64,000 nt of DNA from Candidatus Multivorans sp. (GCA_965216125.1 OZ244152.1:4696578-4760577), one strand, 5' to 3'; positions 1-10,969 are shown, counted from the stretch's first letter. Numbers and translations are program-made. The notes: generated by a model from the sequence alone, not told the origin.

Positions 1-1548
1 CGAACCACGACGGCCGTTGCGGTTCGCGATTCCGTCCTCCTCGAGTTCTCGCGCGAGGCGTTTCACGCACTGGCGCAGCGCTATCCACAGCTCAACGAGT
101 GGCTCATACGCCTCTTGGCGGTACGCCTGCGCGGTGCGATCCACGAGACGCCTCCGAAGCCCATGGGCGTGAACATTCTTCTCATTCCTGCCAACGATGG
201 CGCGCCGGTTGGGGACTTCGCCCAGGCCCTTTTCGAAGCCGTCTCGCGGCTCGGGGCCTGCGCTCTCGTTACCAGCGAAGCAACCGACGCACTGCTCGGC
301 ACAGAGCAGATCGCTCAGGCGCCGGAGGGCAGCCCGGAAGCTCTCCGCTTGCGCGCCTGGCTCAACGAGCAGGAAACGAAATTCCGTTACATCATCTATC
401 TGGCCGACAGAACACTGACCAATTGGACCAGACGTTGCATCCGGCAGGCGGATGAGGTCATCGCGGTCGGAGTGGCCACCGCTGAACCGGACCTGACGGA
501 AGTGGAAGCGGAAACGCTACGCATAGAAGAGACGAGGCGCGCCAAGTCACGGCTCGCGCTCATCTTGCTCCACCCCAAGGGCGCCGTGAGGCCCCAGGGA
601 ACCCAACGCTGGTTGCGGAAACGCCGGGTCGACCGTCATTTTCATATACGTTACGGCGACCCGGGGGCACTCGATCGTATCGCCCGATACGTCGCGCGGT
701 GCGAGTACGGCCTGGTCCTCAGCGGCGGCGGCTCTCGCGGCTTCGCTCACGTCGGCGTGATTCGGGCGATGCGTGAAGCCGGGCTGCCTGTGGACATGGT
801 GGCCGGTGTCAGCATGGGGGCCATCATCGGCGCCGCGTTCGCCCTTTCCGAGGACCTCGACGCGGCCGTTCAGGCACTCAAGGAGGGGTTTCCGCGCGCG
901 TTCGGCGACTACACCCTACCGTTCGTGTCCCTTACCCGAGGCCGCCGATTCGACCGCCTGCTCAAGAGATTCTTCGGCGACGCGAACATCGAGGATCTCT
1001 GGGTGCCCTATTTCTGCGTGTCCAGCAACATGACCCGCGCTGACACGGTCGTGCACCGATCCGGGCCGGTGTGGTGGTCACTACGCGCGACCAGCAGCCT
1101 GCCGGGCCTGGTTTCACCAGTGGTTCACAACGGCGAACTGCTCTACGATGGCTGCCTGTTGAACAATCTGCCGATGGACGTGATGCGTGAGGAGATCAAG
1201 ACGGGCTCGCTTGTCGCCGTCGACGTAGTACCGCCCGTCGACTCCGAACTCGGCGCCTCGGAGGCGCAGAGCCCGTCCGGCTGGAGGATCGCCTGGAACC
1301 GGATCAACCCCTTGGCCAAGCCGATGCGCATGCCCGGCATCGTCTCGGTGCTTCAAAGGGCCGGCACCCTGGGCAGTATCTACAACCGGCAACAACTGAT
1401 CCAGGCAGGTATCGCCGACCTGTACATCAGACCGCCGGTAGAACAGTTCAAGATCCTGGACTACAGCGTCGCGGACGAAGCGGTCGAGATCGGCTATTCG
1501 CACAGTGTGGCAGAGATAGCCGCCTGGACGAGGCAGGAGGAGCACTAG
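1..1548 (+). CDS. cNMP-binding domain + patatin-like phospholipase (NTE/RssA family), 5' partial
   Basis: Frame is open from base 1 (RTTTAVAVRDSVLLEFSREAF, end of a cNMP-binding domain). Patatin motifs GGGSRG, GVSMG (GxSxG) and DGC (DGG-like). Confidence 0.9.
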   Translation, partial: RTTTAVAVRDSVLLEFSREAFHALAQRYPQLNEWLIRLLAVRLRGAIHETPPKPMGVNILLIPANDGAPVGDFAQALFEAVSRLGACALVTSEATDALLGTEQIAQAPEGSPEALRLRAWLNEQETKFRYIIYLADRTLTNWTRRCIRQADEVIAVGVATAEPDLTEVEAETLRIEETRRAKSRLALILLHPKGAVRPQGTQRWLRKRRVDRHFHIRYGDPGALDRIARYVARCEYGLVLSGGGSRGFAHVGVIRAMREAGLPVDMVAGVSMGAIIGAAFALSEDLDAAVQALKEGFPRAFGDYTLPFVSLTRGRRFDRLLKRFFGDANIEDLWVPYFCVSSNMTRADTVVHRSGPVWWSLRATSSLPGLVSPVVHNGELLYDGCLLNNLPMDVMREEIKTGSLVAVDVVPPVDSELGASEAQSPSGWRIAWNRINPLAKPMRMPGIVSVLQRAGTLGSIYNRQQLIQAGIADLYIRPPVEQFKILDYSVADEAVEIGYSHSVAEIAAWTRQEEH

Positions 1549-1603
1549 CCTGTCCCCCTCGACGCGACGCCGCAGCAACGACGGCGCCGAGATCCTGATC
1601 CCG

Positions 1604-2359
1604 TTGCGGGAGCAAGGCGGCAAACCGCCGCTCTTTCACATACCGGCCGGCTACGGCGATATGCGGTTCTTCAAGCTGGTCGCGGAGGAACTCGACGAAG
1701 GCCGGCCCGTCTATGGATTGCAGCCACCCGGGCGGCAGTCGGTCAGGGGCGTTCGCGAGAAGCCGCTCCACTGGCTCATGGCCGAGTACATCAAGCAGAT
1801 CAAACGAGTACAGAGACAAGGCCCTTACTATTTGTCCGGCTACTCCGGCGGAGGCCTGCTCGCAGTGGAGATGGCGAAGACGCTGATCGGGGCTGGAGAC
1901 GCCGTCGCCTTCCTGTCCGTTCTCGATCCGCCGTTGCAGGTGCCTCGCTGGCTAGCGCTCTTCTACATGAGCCTCTACAAGCTCTGCAATCTGACTCCCT
2001 CGATCGACAGACTCCGGTGGCGGATCATTCGTCGATCCAACAACCGCCTGTTGCGATGGGTGTCGGACGAGGGTATGTGCACCCACATGTCGATTCTCCG
2101 GGATCACGAGGTCAGGTCCTACCCCGGCCGCATCATCTACATTCAGCCCGAGAGGTCCTGGATACGAATGCTCAACCTGACCCGAATCGGTAGATCCTGG
2201 CTCAAAGTCGCCCAGGACGGAACGGAGGTCTACTGGACAGCAGGCACTCATCACACCATGTTGCTGCGCGGACACGCGGAACCTGTCGGCGCCATCCTGA
2301 GAGATTGCCTCGCGCGAACCGGCAGCACCGACTTCACCGGCAGCGGCCAACCGGGCTAA
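1604..2359 (+). CDS. Stand-alone NRPS/PKS-type thioesterase (alpha/beta hydrolase)
   Basis: PPLFHIPAGYG, VYGLQPPG, GPYYLSGYSGGG (GxSxG) and C-terminal GTHHTML. The true start may be the in-frame CTG at 1550, after AGGAGG at 1535-1540. Confidence 0.8.
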   Translation: MREQGGKPPLFHIPAGYGDMRFFKLVAEELDEGRPVYGLQPPGRQSVRGVREKPLHWLMAEYIKQIKRVQRQGPYYLSGYSGGGLLAVEMAKTLIGAGDAVAFLSVLDPPLQVPRWLALFYMSLYKLCNLTPSIDRLRWRIIRRSNNRLLRWVSDEGMCTHMSILRDHEVRSYPGRIIYIQPERSWIRMLNLTRIGRSWLKVAQDGTEVYWTAGTHHTMLLRGHAEPVGAILRDCLARTGSTDFTGSGQPG

Positions 2360-2368
2360 CCTTCGGCC

Positions 2369-4024
<1,656 letters not shown>

Positions 4025-4034
4025 GAGTCTCGCC

Positions 4035-5384
4035 ATGCACCACGGGCCGAACATCTCCACACCGCTCCTTTTCTCCCTTCTCTGTATGGCGGGCGTCGCG
4101 GCAAACGCCCAGCGGGCCACCTATCCGCCAGAAGAGTTCGTCGAGCGCCGGGCACGCCTGTGCGAGCGCCTGGACGGCGGGGCCGTGCTCATGTTCTCGG
4201 AGACGATGCCGCGTTACGGCGTCCGCTTCCGGCAGGACCACGACTTCTACTACCTGACCGGCTACGAGGGCCGGAACGCGGCGCTGCTGCTGGAGGTCGA
4301 CGGTTGCGAGGCGCGGCTCTACCTGCCCCACCAGGGCGATCGGGAGAAGTTCATCGACGGCCCCAACTGGCTCTACACGCCGGAAGCGGCCGAGGGCCTC
4401 GGTTTCGAGATTGATCACCTTGCCTACCTGCCCGAGCACCTCGCACGGCGGCGCGGCCGGATGCCCGGCGAAACGGGCAAGCTGCTCTGGATGCGCCTCG
4501 GCGAGCGCGACGAGGTCGACCTGGCCCGCAACGAGAAGGGCCTCTACCTCGGCCGGCGCGAGCAGAACCCCTGGGGCGGTCAACCGAGCGAGCAGGCCCA
4601 GCAGGTCGAGACGGTCAGGACCCGCTACCCGTATGTCGAGCTACGCGACGTGACGCCGCATCTGGACCGTCTGCGGATGATCAAGACGCCGCGCGAGATC
4701 GAGGTCCTGCGCCGGGCCGGCAAGGTCAGCGCCGATGGCATCGCTGCAGCGATCGCGGCCACCGAGGCCGGCGCCTGGGAGTACGAACTGGAGGCCGCGG
4801 CCAAGCACGTCTTCCTCCAGCACGGCGCCGAGATGGAGGCTTACCCCGCGATCGTCGGCTCAGGACCGAACGGCCTGATCTGGCACTGGATCAAGAACGA
4901 CCGGCAGCTCGAGGACGGCGACCTGGTGGTCATGGACTACGGCGCCTCGTTCGCCTACATGACCATGGACATCACCCGCACCTGGCCCGTCAACGGCAAG
5001 TTCGACGAGGTCCAGGAACGCGCCTACCGGGCGGTTCTCGAAGCGCAGAAGGCAATCATCGCCGCCATGCGTCCCGGCGCCACCCGCGCCGAAACGACCG
5101 AAATCTGCCGCGCGATCTACGACCGCTGGGGCTTCGAGGACAAGCCCGCCCATGGCGCCGGCCACTTCGTCGGCCTCTCCGTCCACGACGTCGGCGACGG
5201 CTCCCTGCCGTTCGAGCCCGGCATGGTCATCGCCGTCGAGCCGATCATCGAGATCCCCGAGCGGAACATCCACATCCGAATCGAGGACACGGTGTTGATC
5301 ACCGAGGGCGAGCCGGAGATCCTGAGCGCGGCGGTGCCGAAGGAGGTTGACGAGTTGCTGGGGCTGGTTGGGTCGGCGAAGTAG
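4035..5384 (+). CDS. Secreted Xaa-Pro aminopeptidase (M24)
   Basis: RBS AGGAG, signal peptide, FRQDHDFYYLTG, LRMIKTPREI, DITRTWP, GHFVGLSVHD, AVEP and IRIEDTVLIT. Confidence 0.92.
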   Translation: MHHGPNISTPLLFSLLCMAGVAANAQRATYPPEEFVERRARLCERLDGGAVLMFSETMPRYGVRFRQDHDFYYLTGYEGRNAALLLEVDGCEARLYLPHQGDREKFIDGPNWLYTPEAAEGLGFEIDHLAYLPEHLARRRGRMPGETGKLLWMRLGERDEVDLARNEKGLYLGRREQNPWGGQPSEQAQQVETVRTRYPYVELRDVTPHLDRLRMIKTPREIEVLRRAGKVSADGIAAAIAATEAGAWEYELEAAAKHVFLQHGAEMEAYPAIVGSGPNGLIWHWIKNDRQLEDGDLVVMDYGASFAYMTMDITRTWPVNGKFDEVQERAYRAVLEAQKAIIAAMRPGATRAETTEICRAIYDRWGFEDKPAHGAGHFVGLSVHDVGDGSLPFEPGMVIAVEPIIEIPERNIHIRIEDTVLITEGEPEILSAAVPKEVDELLGLVGSAK

Positions 5385-5397
5385 CAACCACAGCTAT

Positions 5398-5427
5398 GAT
5401 TGCAATGAATGCGCTGTCATTGTAATC
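5398..5427 (+). promoter_or_regulatory. Inverted-repeat operator of the FitAB-like TA
   Basis: GATTGCAATGA-N8-TCATTGTAATC (1 mismatch) lies immediately upstream of the antitoxin ATG at 5437. Confidence 0.65.
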
Positions 5428-5436
5428 TTTCGGCCC

Positions 5437-5688
5437 ATGGGCCAACTCACGATTCGTAACGTCGACGAAGCAGTAGTGCAGGCCTTGCGGCGCCGCGCAG
5501 CGGCCGCAGGCACGTCAACCGAGGAAGAAGCGCGCCGGTCGCTGGCGATGGCCTTGGGCATCGACCGGGAAGCAACGCGGGCTCGGCTCAACGCCGTCCG
5601 TGCGGCGATAGCCCACGACGACGACGAGCCCGTCGAGCAGTTGATTCGGAAACTGCGGGACGGAAGAGCCCACGACCTCTCGGGCTGA
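5437..5688 (+). CDS. FitA-like ribbon-helix-helix antitoxin
   Basis: MGQLTIRNVDEAVVQALRRRAAAAGTSTEEEARRSL, directly upstream of a PIN gene. Confidence 0.88.
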   Translation: MGQLTIRNVDEAVVQALRRRAAAAGTSTEEEARRSLAMALGIDREATRARLNAVRAAIAHDDDEPVEQLIRKLRDGRAHDLSG

Positions 5689-5694
5689 CCCGCC

Positions 5695-6111
5695 TTGCCG
5701 CTCCAACGCGTCGTCGTTGACGCCAGTGCCGCCCTGAAGTGGGTTCTCGAAGAGGAAAGCAGCCCTGTTGCCCTCGAACTCCTGGACCGAGATGTCCTTC
5801 ACGCCCCGGACTTCTTGCTGCTGGAAGCCGCGAACGTTCTCTGGACGAAGGTCCGCCGGGGCGCTCTGTCACGACCCGATGCCGACGCCGCGTTTCAGGC
5901 GCTAGCCGCCGTGCCGATGGTGCTGACACCACTGGCCGAACTCATCCCACCGGCCCGTAGCTTGGCTTTCGCCTTGGATCTCACCGTGTACGACGCCGTC
6001 TACGCGGCGCTGGCCCAACAACTCGACTGCCCGCTCGCAACCGCCGATGAGGCACTCGCCCGCGCCATGACTGCGGCAGCACTCACCGGTTCGGCGCAGC
6101 TCATCCGCTAG
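5695..6111 (+). CDS. VapC/FitB PIN-domain toxin
   Basis: VVDASAALKW, EAANVL, YDAVYAALA and LATAD carry the PIN acidic residues. Confidence 0.92.
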   Translation: MPLQRVVVDASAALKWVLEEESSPVALELLDRDVLHAPDFLLLEAANVLWTKVRRGALSRPDADAAFQALAAVPMVLTPLAELIPPARSLAFALDLTVYDAVYAALAQQLDCPLATADEALARAMTAAALTGSAQLIR

Positions 6112-6246
6112 AGCCGCCGACAGGCAACGAGCTACTCACGAACCGGTATCTTCGCCTTGTCGCTGGTACCACCGCTCCTTTTCTTCACGCTTCCCGGCGC
6201 CTCCAGGGCCATGCCCGCAAGTCATCGTTCTCCACAATCGGCGTTG

Positions 6247-6621
6247 CTAGGCGATCTCCAGTCCAGCGTCCTGAAAGCGGCGGAAGTCCGCCTCATTCGT
6301 AGTCGCGACGGGCGCTCCCTCATCGAGTGCTGCAGCCGCGACCATGCAGTCGACCAGGGACCCACGCCGTCTTCCCGACTCATTGAACAACTGCGCCGCA
6401 GTAGCCGCTTGCTCTTCGCTGAAGGCGGCACGACGGCCGACAATCTGAGCCGCCAGGCGCTGTTCGGATTCCTCCAGCGGACCGCAGAGGAACTCGGCCC
6501 AAGCAACGGCGCTCATAACCAGCATTTCTCCGGTCTCGACCCACCCGCGCAGCTTCCGGTCTTCCGGTGATCCGGCCTTCAGAGCGCGAATGAGAAAGCC
6601 CGTATCCAAATGGATGGTCAC
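6247..6621 (-). CDS. VapC PIN-domain toxin
   Basis: IHLDTGFLI, AWAEFLCG, DCMVAAAA and ATTNEADF. The GTG start overlaps the upstream stop. Confidence 0.9.
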   Translation of the reverse strand: MTIHLDTGFLIRALKAGSPEDRKLRGWVETGEMLVMSAVAWAEFLCGPLEESEQRLAAQIVGRRAAFSEEQAATAAQLFNESGRRRGSLVDCMVAAAALDEGAPVATTNEADFRRFQDAGLEIA

Positions 6622-7388
6622 GGTCCCGAGGCAGGACTACCCACTGCCGCCTGCCTTTCAGTCTTGACGTCGTGCTCCCAGCCAGCGAGGTCGACTCCAC
6701 GGCTGCTCACAGATGCCTGCACTCGACCGAGCGCTCCAAGCGGCGACTCGACCTCCTCGCCGTGCGGGTCATGCAGCCCGGCAGCAATTCGCTCCAGCTT
6801 CCCCCGCAGGTCCTGATACGGCGTGGGCTTGCCGGCCATCTCCCTGAGCGGTTCCAGGCCGATAGTCAGTCCATCAGGCCGCTCGCGGTCCAGCACCCCC
6901 GTTGCCAGCACGTAGAAATCCCATTGCCCGACATCGAGCGGATCCGCTTCATCTCGTTGGTCGAGCCTCGGCGTGAAGTGACAGAAGACGTAGATATCGG
7001 CTGTTCTCGCCGGCCTCGAAAACGACTCGGTGCAGTTGGTGCGGGGATCCCAAGATTCCTTGCTTGGGGCAATGCCGAACGAGATTCGGGAGTCCCGTTC
7101 CTGATGCCACGACTGAATGTAGGCCGCGCTCTTGACCTCGATCCGGATGCCCCGGCCCCCGTTGTCGCAGGGATACTCAAGGTCATACGCTCCCCACTCC
7201 ACGCGGGCATCGTCAGTCAGATCCAACGCGCTCGCCACGAGGAACTCGGCCAACACCCCACGCTGCACGTTCTCGAGCAACCTCGAACCGGACCACCGCC
7301 AGTAGTCCACGAGCTTCAGTGCGATCGGCTTGCCGCCGTACCTGAACGACTCATCGGCGTCTCTGAAGAGATGAGCGTGCCGAGTCAT
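6618..7388 (-). CDS. PD-(D/E)xK nuclease-like protein with an antitoxin-like C-terminal tail
   Basis: RGVLAEFLVA...YDL...IEVKS restriction-endonuclease-like motif. The last ~45 aa (PLGALGRVQAS...WEHDVKTERQA) resemble a VapB C-terminus. Confidence 0.65.
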   Translation of the reverse strand: MTRHAHLFRDADESFRYGGKPIALKLVDYWRWSGSRLLENVQRGVLAEFLVASALDLTDDARVEWGAYDLEYPCDNGGRGIRIEVKSAAYIQSWHQERDSRISFGIAPSKESWDPRTNCTESFSRPARTADIYVFCHFTPRLDQRDEADPLDVGQWDFYVLATGVLDRERPDGLTIGLEPLREMAGKPTPYQDLRGKLERIAAGLHDPHGEEVESPLGALGRVQASVSSRGVDLAGWEHDVKTERQAAVGSPASGP

Positions 7389-8125
7389 GAACCAACTCTA
7401 ACCGAGGCCTCCAGGCGATCTGACAGTTCCGCCAATGGCTCGCGGCCCTGGCGAATCTCTGCCAACCGCTGGCGCCAGCGGCGCGGAATCGCGTTCAGAC
7501 CGAACCGGGCGCCCAGCACTGCACCGGCCACCGCCCCGTTCGTATCCGTGTCTCCGCCTGCGCTGACGACGGCCACAAGCGCTTCTTCGAAGTCGGAGGC
7601 CTGGGTCGCGCACCAGAGTGCTACCTGCATCGCCTTCAGCGTGTAGCCCATGTCGCTCCCGTCGAGGACCAGGTCCGCCGGCGTGATGCCGCTCGGGATG
7701 GAACAGGCCTCCACGACGGTCTCCGGCACGGTTCCCGCGATACCGAAGTCCGCGAGGGAATCACCAAGTCGCTCCGCCGCTTGCTGAGTGCGAGCAACGA
7801 CATCCGCCACTTCGAGCACTTCGCCCCGAAGGAGCATCGCAATCGCGAGGTTCACCAGAGCAGCCGACCAGATGCAGCGGGGATCTGCGTGGGTCACCAC
7901 CGCGCTCAACGCCGTGTTCCTGGCCAGTGCAACGTCGTCCCGCTTCCACCGGATCGCCAGTGGCGGACAGCGCATGACGGCGCCGTTGCCGGCCGAGTAC
8001 CGGCCCGACTCCTCCCAAACCTGACGGGCAGCCTCCAAAGCTGGCTGGCCGGTCGGCACCCGCGCCTGAAGTCCGCCGCCGAGGGCGCAACGAGGCGTAG
8101 CGCCGCCGATCCGGGACAGGACGTC
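7385..8125 (-). pseudogene. ADP-ribosylglycohydrolase (DraG/ARH family), N-terminally truncated
   Basis: SAGNGAVMRCPP, SAVVTH and GGDTDTNGAVAGAVLGA are present. The N-terminal GDALG/TDD motifs are absent, and the frame upstream of ~8125 looks unrelated. Confidence 0.75.
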
Positions 8126-8126
8126 G

Positions 8127-9224
8127 CTACAAGCCTCCTTGATGGCGCAGATCTGGAGGAGGGCTACAAGATGAACTTGCGACTTCCTGCCTGTACCAAG
8201 CCTCCCTTTCGCCGAACGTACCGTTGCCTCGACCGGCTCGCTTCCACGCCTTGTTGACTTCGCTAACCCAATGTCTCCGCCAAACGGCAAAGGCGGGATT
8301 CAATCCTCCTGCTTCCTCTTGGCGGAGCAGTCCCTCGAACTGCCCGTCCTCCTTCTCTTTGACCTCGCAAGCGCGGTGAAGGTAGTCGGGCCATGCGCGA
8401 CCCTGTCCGGACGACCGAAACACCCGCTCGCGATCTCGCGCCTCAGCTACGTCGGGAAAGTCCGGGTAGCACCGATCATGCCGGCCGGTGTGGTTACTCA
8501 TCCCCGGCGCTGTGAGGATCCCAGCCGGGGCCGCGTGACTCCGAAGCCTGTGTCGGGGGTCTTCTGACCTTGAGCCATCAGGTTTCTTGCGACTGGATCG
8601 CCAGGTGAGATTGCAGGCCGCGTTCTCGGGGAAGAAGACCATCTCGGAGTACGGCAGGTGGTCGTGAATGAACCACGCGAGGGAGCGCCAATCCCGGTCT
8701 GAATGCTCCTCCAACCAGTCGACGAACCACGGAATGACGATGCATGCCGTGGCGCCAATGTAGCCGTCCTTGTCCTCGTGATCCCAGATGTGGTTGGCGT
8801 AGCTCGCCTTGTTTGAGGAGCAATCCATGCCCTTGCAGTTGCCGAAGCCGTTGACGTTGGCGCTGCGAAAGGCGGAGCGGATCGTGATGTGGCCGAAGAT
8901 GCACCGGAGCGGTTCCAGGAGGTTCCGGCAAAGGGCCTTCCCTGCCTTGACGGCCAGTTCGGCGTCGTCCGGCACGTTCGGAATGCCGTGGACCTCGGCA
9001 ACCTCCGAGTACAGGAAATCCCGCATGAAGTAGTGCTTCGACAGTCGCTCCCGGCCGAAGTCGTCAAGCGCGCTCATGACCGAGCCATTCGGCTTGATCG
9101 TCGAACCGCAAGCGCAATCCATGGGACCGTCCTTGCCGCATTCCTCGCCGACGAGTCTCAAACACGTCAGGCCCCGTTGTTCTTGGGCGAAGTTCCCGAG
9201 TGTCCCCTTCGTCTTCGGCTTCAT
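8127..9224 (-). CDS. Peptidase M15-like protein with C-terminal extension
   Basis: GRERLSKHYFMRDFLYSE, LCRNLLEPL, IRSAFRS and HIWD...GATACIVIPWF. RBS GGAGGA precedes the ATG at 9224. Confidence 0.7.
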   Translation of the reverse strand: MKPKTKGTLGNFAQEQRGLTCLRLVGEECGKDGPMDCACGSTIKPNGSVMSALDDFGRERLSKHYFMRDFLYSEVAEVHGIPNVPDDAELAVKAGKALCRNLLEPLRCIFGHITIRSAFRSANVNGFGNCKGMDCSSNKASYANHIWDHEDKDGYIGATACIVIPWFVDWLEEHSDRDWRSLAWFIHDHLPYSEMVFFPENAACNLTWRSSRKKPDGSRSEDPRHRLRSHAAPAGILTAPGMSNHTGRHDRCYPDFPDVAEARDRERVFRSSGQGRAWPDYLHRACEVKEKEDGQFEGLLRQEEAGGLNPAFAVWRRHWVSEVNKAWKRAGRGNGTFGEREAWYRQEVASSSCSPPPDLRHQGGL

Positions 9225-9617
9225 TCGCAATCCTCCACGACGCTCCTCAGCGTCTTCCAAACCCTCAGTCACCGGATGCCGGCCAGAACCCGGGTGGCGC
9301 GATCCGCGCCACCCGCGAACCAGTCCGTGCGCCCGTCATCGGGCGCACGGATGGCAGGCCGGCGCACCGACAGTCGGCACGGCGGAACCCTATGCCGAAA
9401 CCGACGCGATGTTGCCGCGCCGTGCGGGCCAGCGCCGCCAAACGCCTTGCAGGCCCAGAGTTTGGCCCCAGCCCCCACTTCCCCAGAAGTCACCGCGTCT
9501 CCGCAGCACTTCGTGCCGGTCCTGCGGCGCGGACTTCTGGGAGGCCCGTGCACCCACAGCCACACCGGTGCTCTATCTTGTGCGTCAGCCCACCCGGCAC
9601 CGACTTCCAGCCCAGTC

Positions 9618-9778
9618 GGGTCAGGAGGGGTCAGCTCCCAGGTGCCTCTGAACGAGCGACGCCCCACGACATCGCGCTAACCGACGACGAACCGGAGCGA
9701 GTGAGGCGGAGTGAGCGCCACCCCCTCCCATCTCCTCTCAAGCGCTCACGTCACTTGGGAGCTGACCCCTCCTGACCC
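9618..9778. repeat. 161-bp element bounded by 27-bp terminal inverted repeats (MITE/REPIN-like)
   Basis: GGGTCAGGAGGGGTCAGCTCCCAGGTG (9618-9644) pairs with CACTTGGGAGCTGACCCCTCCTGACCC (9752-9778), 1 mismatch. Internal GTGAGCGC/GCGCTCAC stem. Confidence 0.8.
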
Positions 9779-9784
9779 AAGACG

Positions 9785-9856
9785 GGCGGGTGCCACCGAC
9801 GCCATCGCGGCGGGTGCCACCGACGCCATCGCGGCGGGTGCCACCGACGCCGTCGC
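9785..9856. repeat. 24-bp tandem repeat x3
   Basis: GGCGGGTGCCACCGACGCC(A/G)TCGC three times with no spacers. Confidence 0.92.
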
Positions 9857-9865
9857 GCCACGGGC

Positions 9866-10969
9866 CTACTCGCCGCCGGTGCTCTCTCCGCTCAGCGCGT
9901 CCGCCTCCAGGACCCGAGCGCCGCGAAGGGTGCCGCCCATGGAGTAGTTGCCCTCGTGGCACGCGTATTCGTAGACACGATCGTCGCTCGCCTGCCACAG
10001 GTACTCGCCGGTCCAGGGTGCGGTCCAGACCGTGTCGTCCTCGACGGTGAAGTTGTAGATCACGCTGCCGTCGTGCTGCACGGCGAAGCGCTCGACGACG
10101 TGCGTGTTCTCCGAGCCTCCACGGAATGCCGGTTCGGTACGGAAGTTGGTTGTATCGACGACGAGCGTGTCGCCCTCCCACCAACCGATCGAGTCGCCCA
10201 GCCACTTCGTGACCTCGGGAGCCTCATGCTCGGAGTCGAGGCGCACGACACGGGCGTCATGGATCATCTCCAGGAGGATGACGACGTGCGTGTCGGTCTG
10301 GACGATCCTCTTGAAGTTGTTGTACAGACTCGGAAGGGTGGGCGCGGCGCCAGTGAAGCCGGCAAGGCACCGCTCGCTCAGCGGGAGCGTCTCGGGCCCT
10401 TCGTACGGGCCGGGCCCGTCCTGTTCGACCCACCAGGCGGTCCCATCGTTGGGACGCAGGAAACTCGCGAAGGCGTCCATCATCATCTTCTGCGCCGCCG
10501 GAGTCATGGGCGGCATGCGGCCATTAGGGGGATCGAGGATGATCGATGTCGGGATCTGGCCGTCGACCCTGTAGGCGTCGGTTCCCCGATCGATCCAGAA
10601 CAGGTTGTAGCCGCCCACGTTGCCGGCGCCGAACTCGTTGCCGCCGCCAGCGGTGTGCTCCAGGCCGACCACCTTGGCGCCTCCCTCGGGCGGCGCCTCA
10701 CGAGCCGCGTCCGACCGCTCGACCGCGCCTTCCTGGATCGCGCGCTCCTCGTCGGCGATCGCCTGGGCCTCCTCGGGTGTCAGGTAGGCCCGCTCGCCGA
10801 ACTGCGCTGGCCGTTCGAGAGGAGTCAGGGTGGCTGCGTTGTAGCTTCCAGTCAGATCGGGTCTGCCGCTCGCGGTTCGCGGAATCCCGTCGTCCTGAGC
10901 GGCCAGGGCCGGGACACAGACGAGAACGAGGACGGCTACCGACAGCAAGCTTGCAATGCGCTTCGTCAT
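9866..10969 (-). CDS. Conserved hypothetical secreted protein (PRTxxGRPDLxG family)
   Basis: Signal peptide, IPRTASGRPDLTG, WLGDSIGWWEGDTLVVDTTNF and YEYACHEGN. Confidence 0.8.
   Translation of the reverse strand: MTKRIASLLSVAVLVLVCVPALAAQDDGIPRTASGRPDLTGSYNAATLTPLERPAQFGERAYLTPEEAQAIADEERAIQEGAVERSDAAREAPPEGGAKVVGLEHTAGGGNEFGAGNVGGYNLFWIDRGTDAYRVDGQIPTSIILDPPNGRMPPMTPAAQKMMMDAFASFLRPNDGTAWWVEQDGPGPYEGPETLPLSERCLAGFTGAAPTLPSLYNNFKRIVQTDTHVVILLEMIHDARVVRLDSEHEAPEVTKWLGDSIGWWEGDTLVVDTTNFRTEPAFRGGSENTHVVERFAVQHDGSVIYNFTVEDDTVWTAPWTGEYLWQASDDRVYEYACHEGNYSMGGTLRGARVLEADALSGESTGGE

Noticed and set aside
1-1548. Patatin as a CBASS CapV effector
   Set aside because: The architecture is cNMP-binding NTE/RssA type, and no CD-NTase is nearby in the window.
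6181-6184. End of a 15-bp match CACCGCTCCTTTTCT (about 6170-6184) shared with 4058-4072, as a target duplication
   Set aside because: The match is short, one copy is inside a signal-peptide coding region, and it does not bracket a mobile unit.
9785-9856. 24-bp repeats as a CRISPR array
   Set aside because: The units are contiguous with no spacers, and there are no cas genes in the window.
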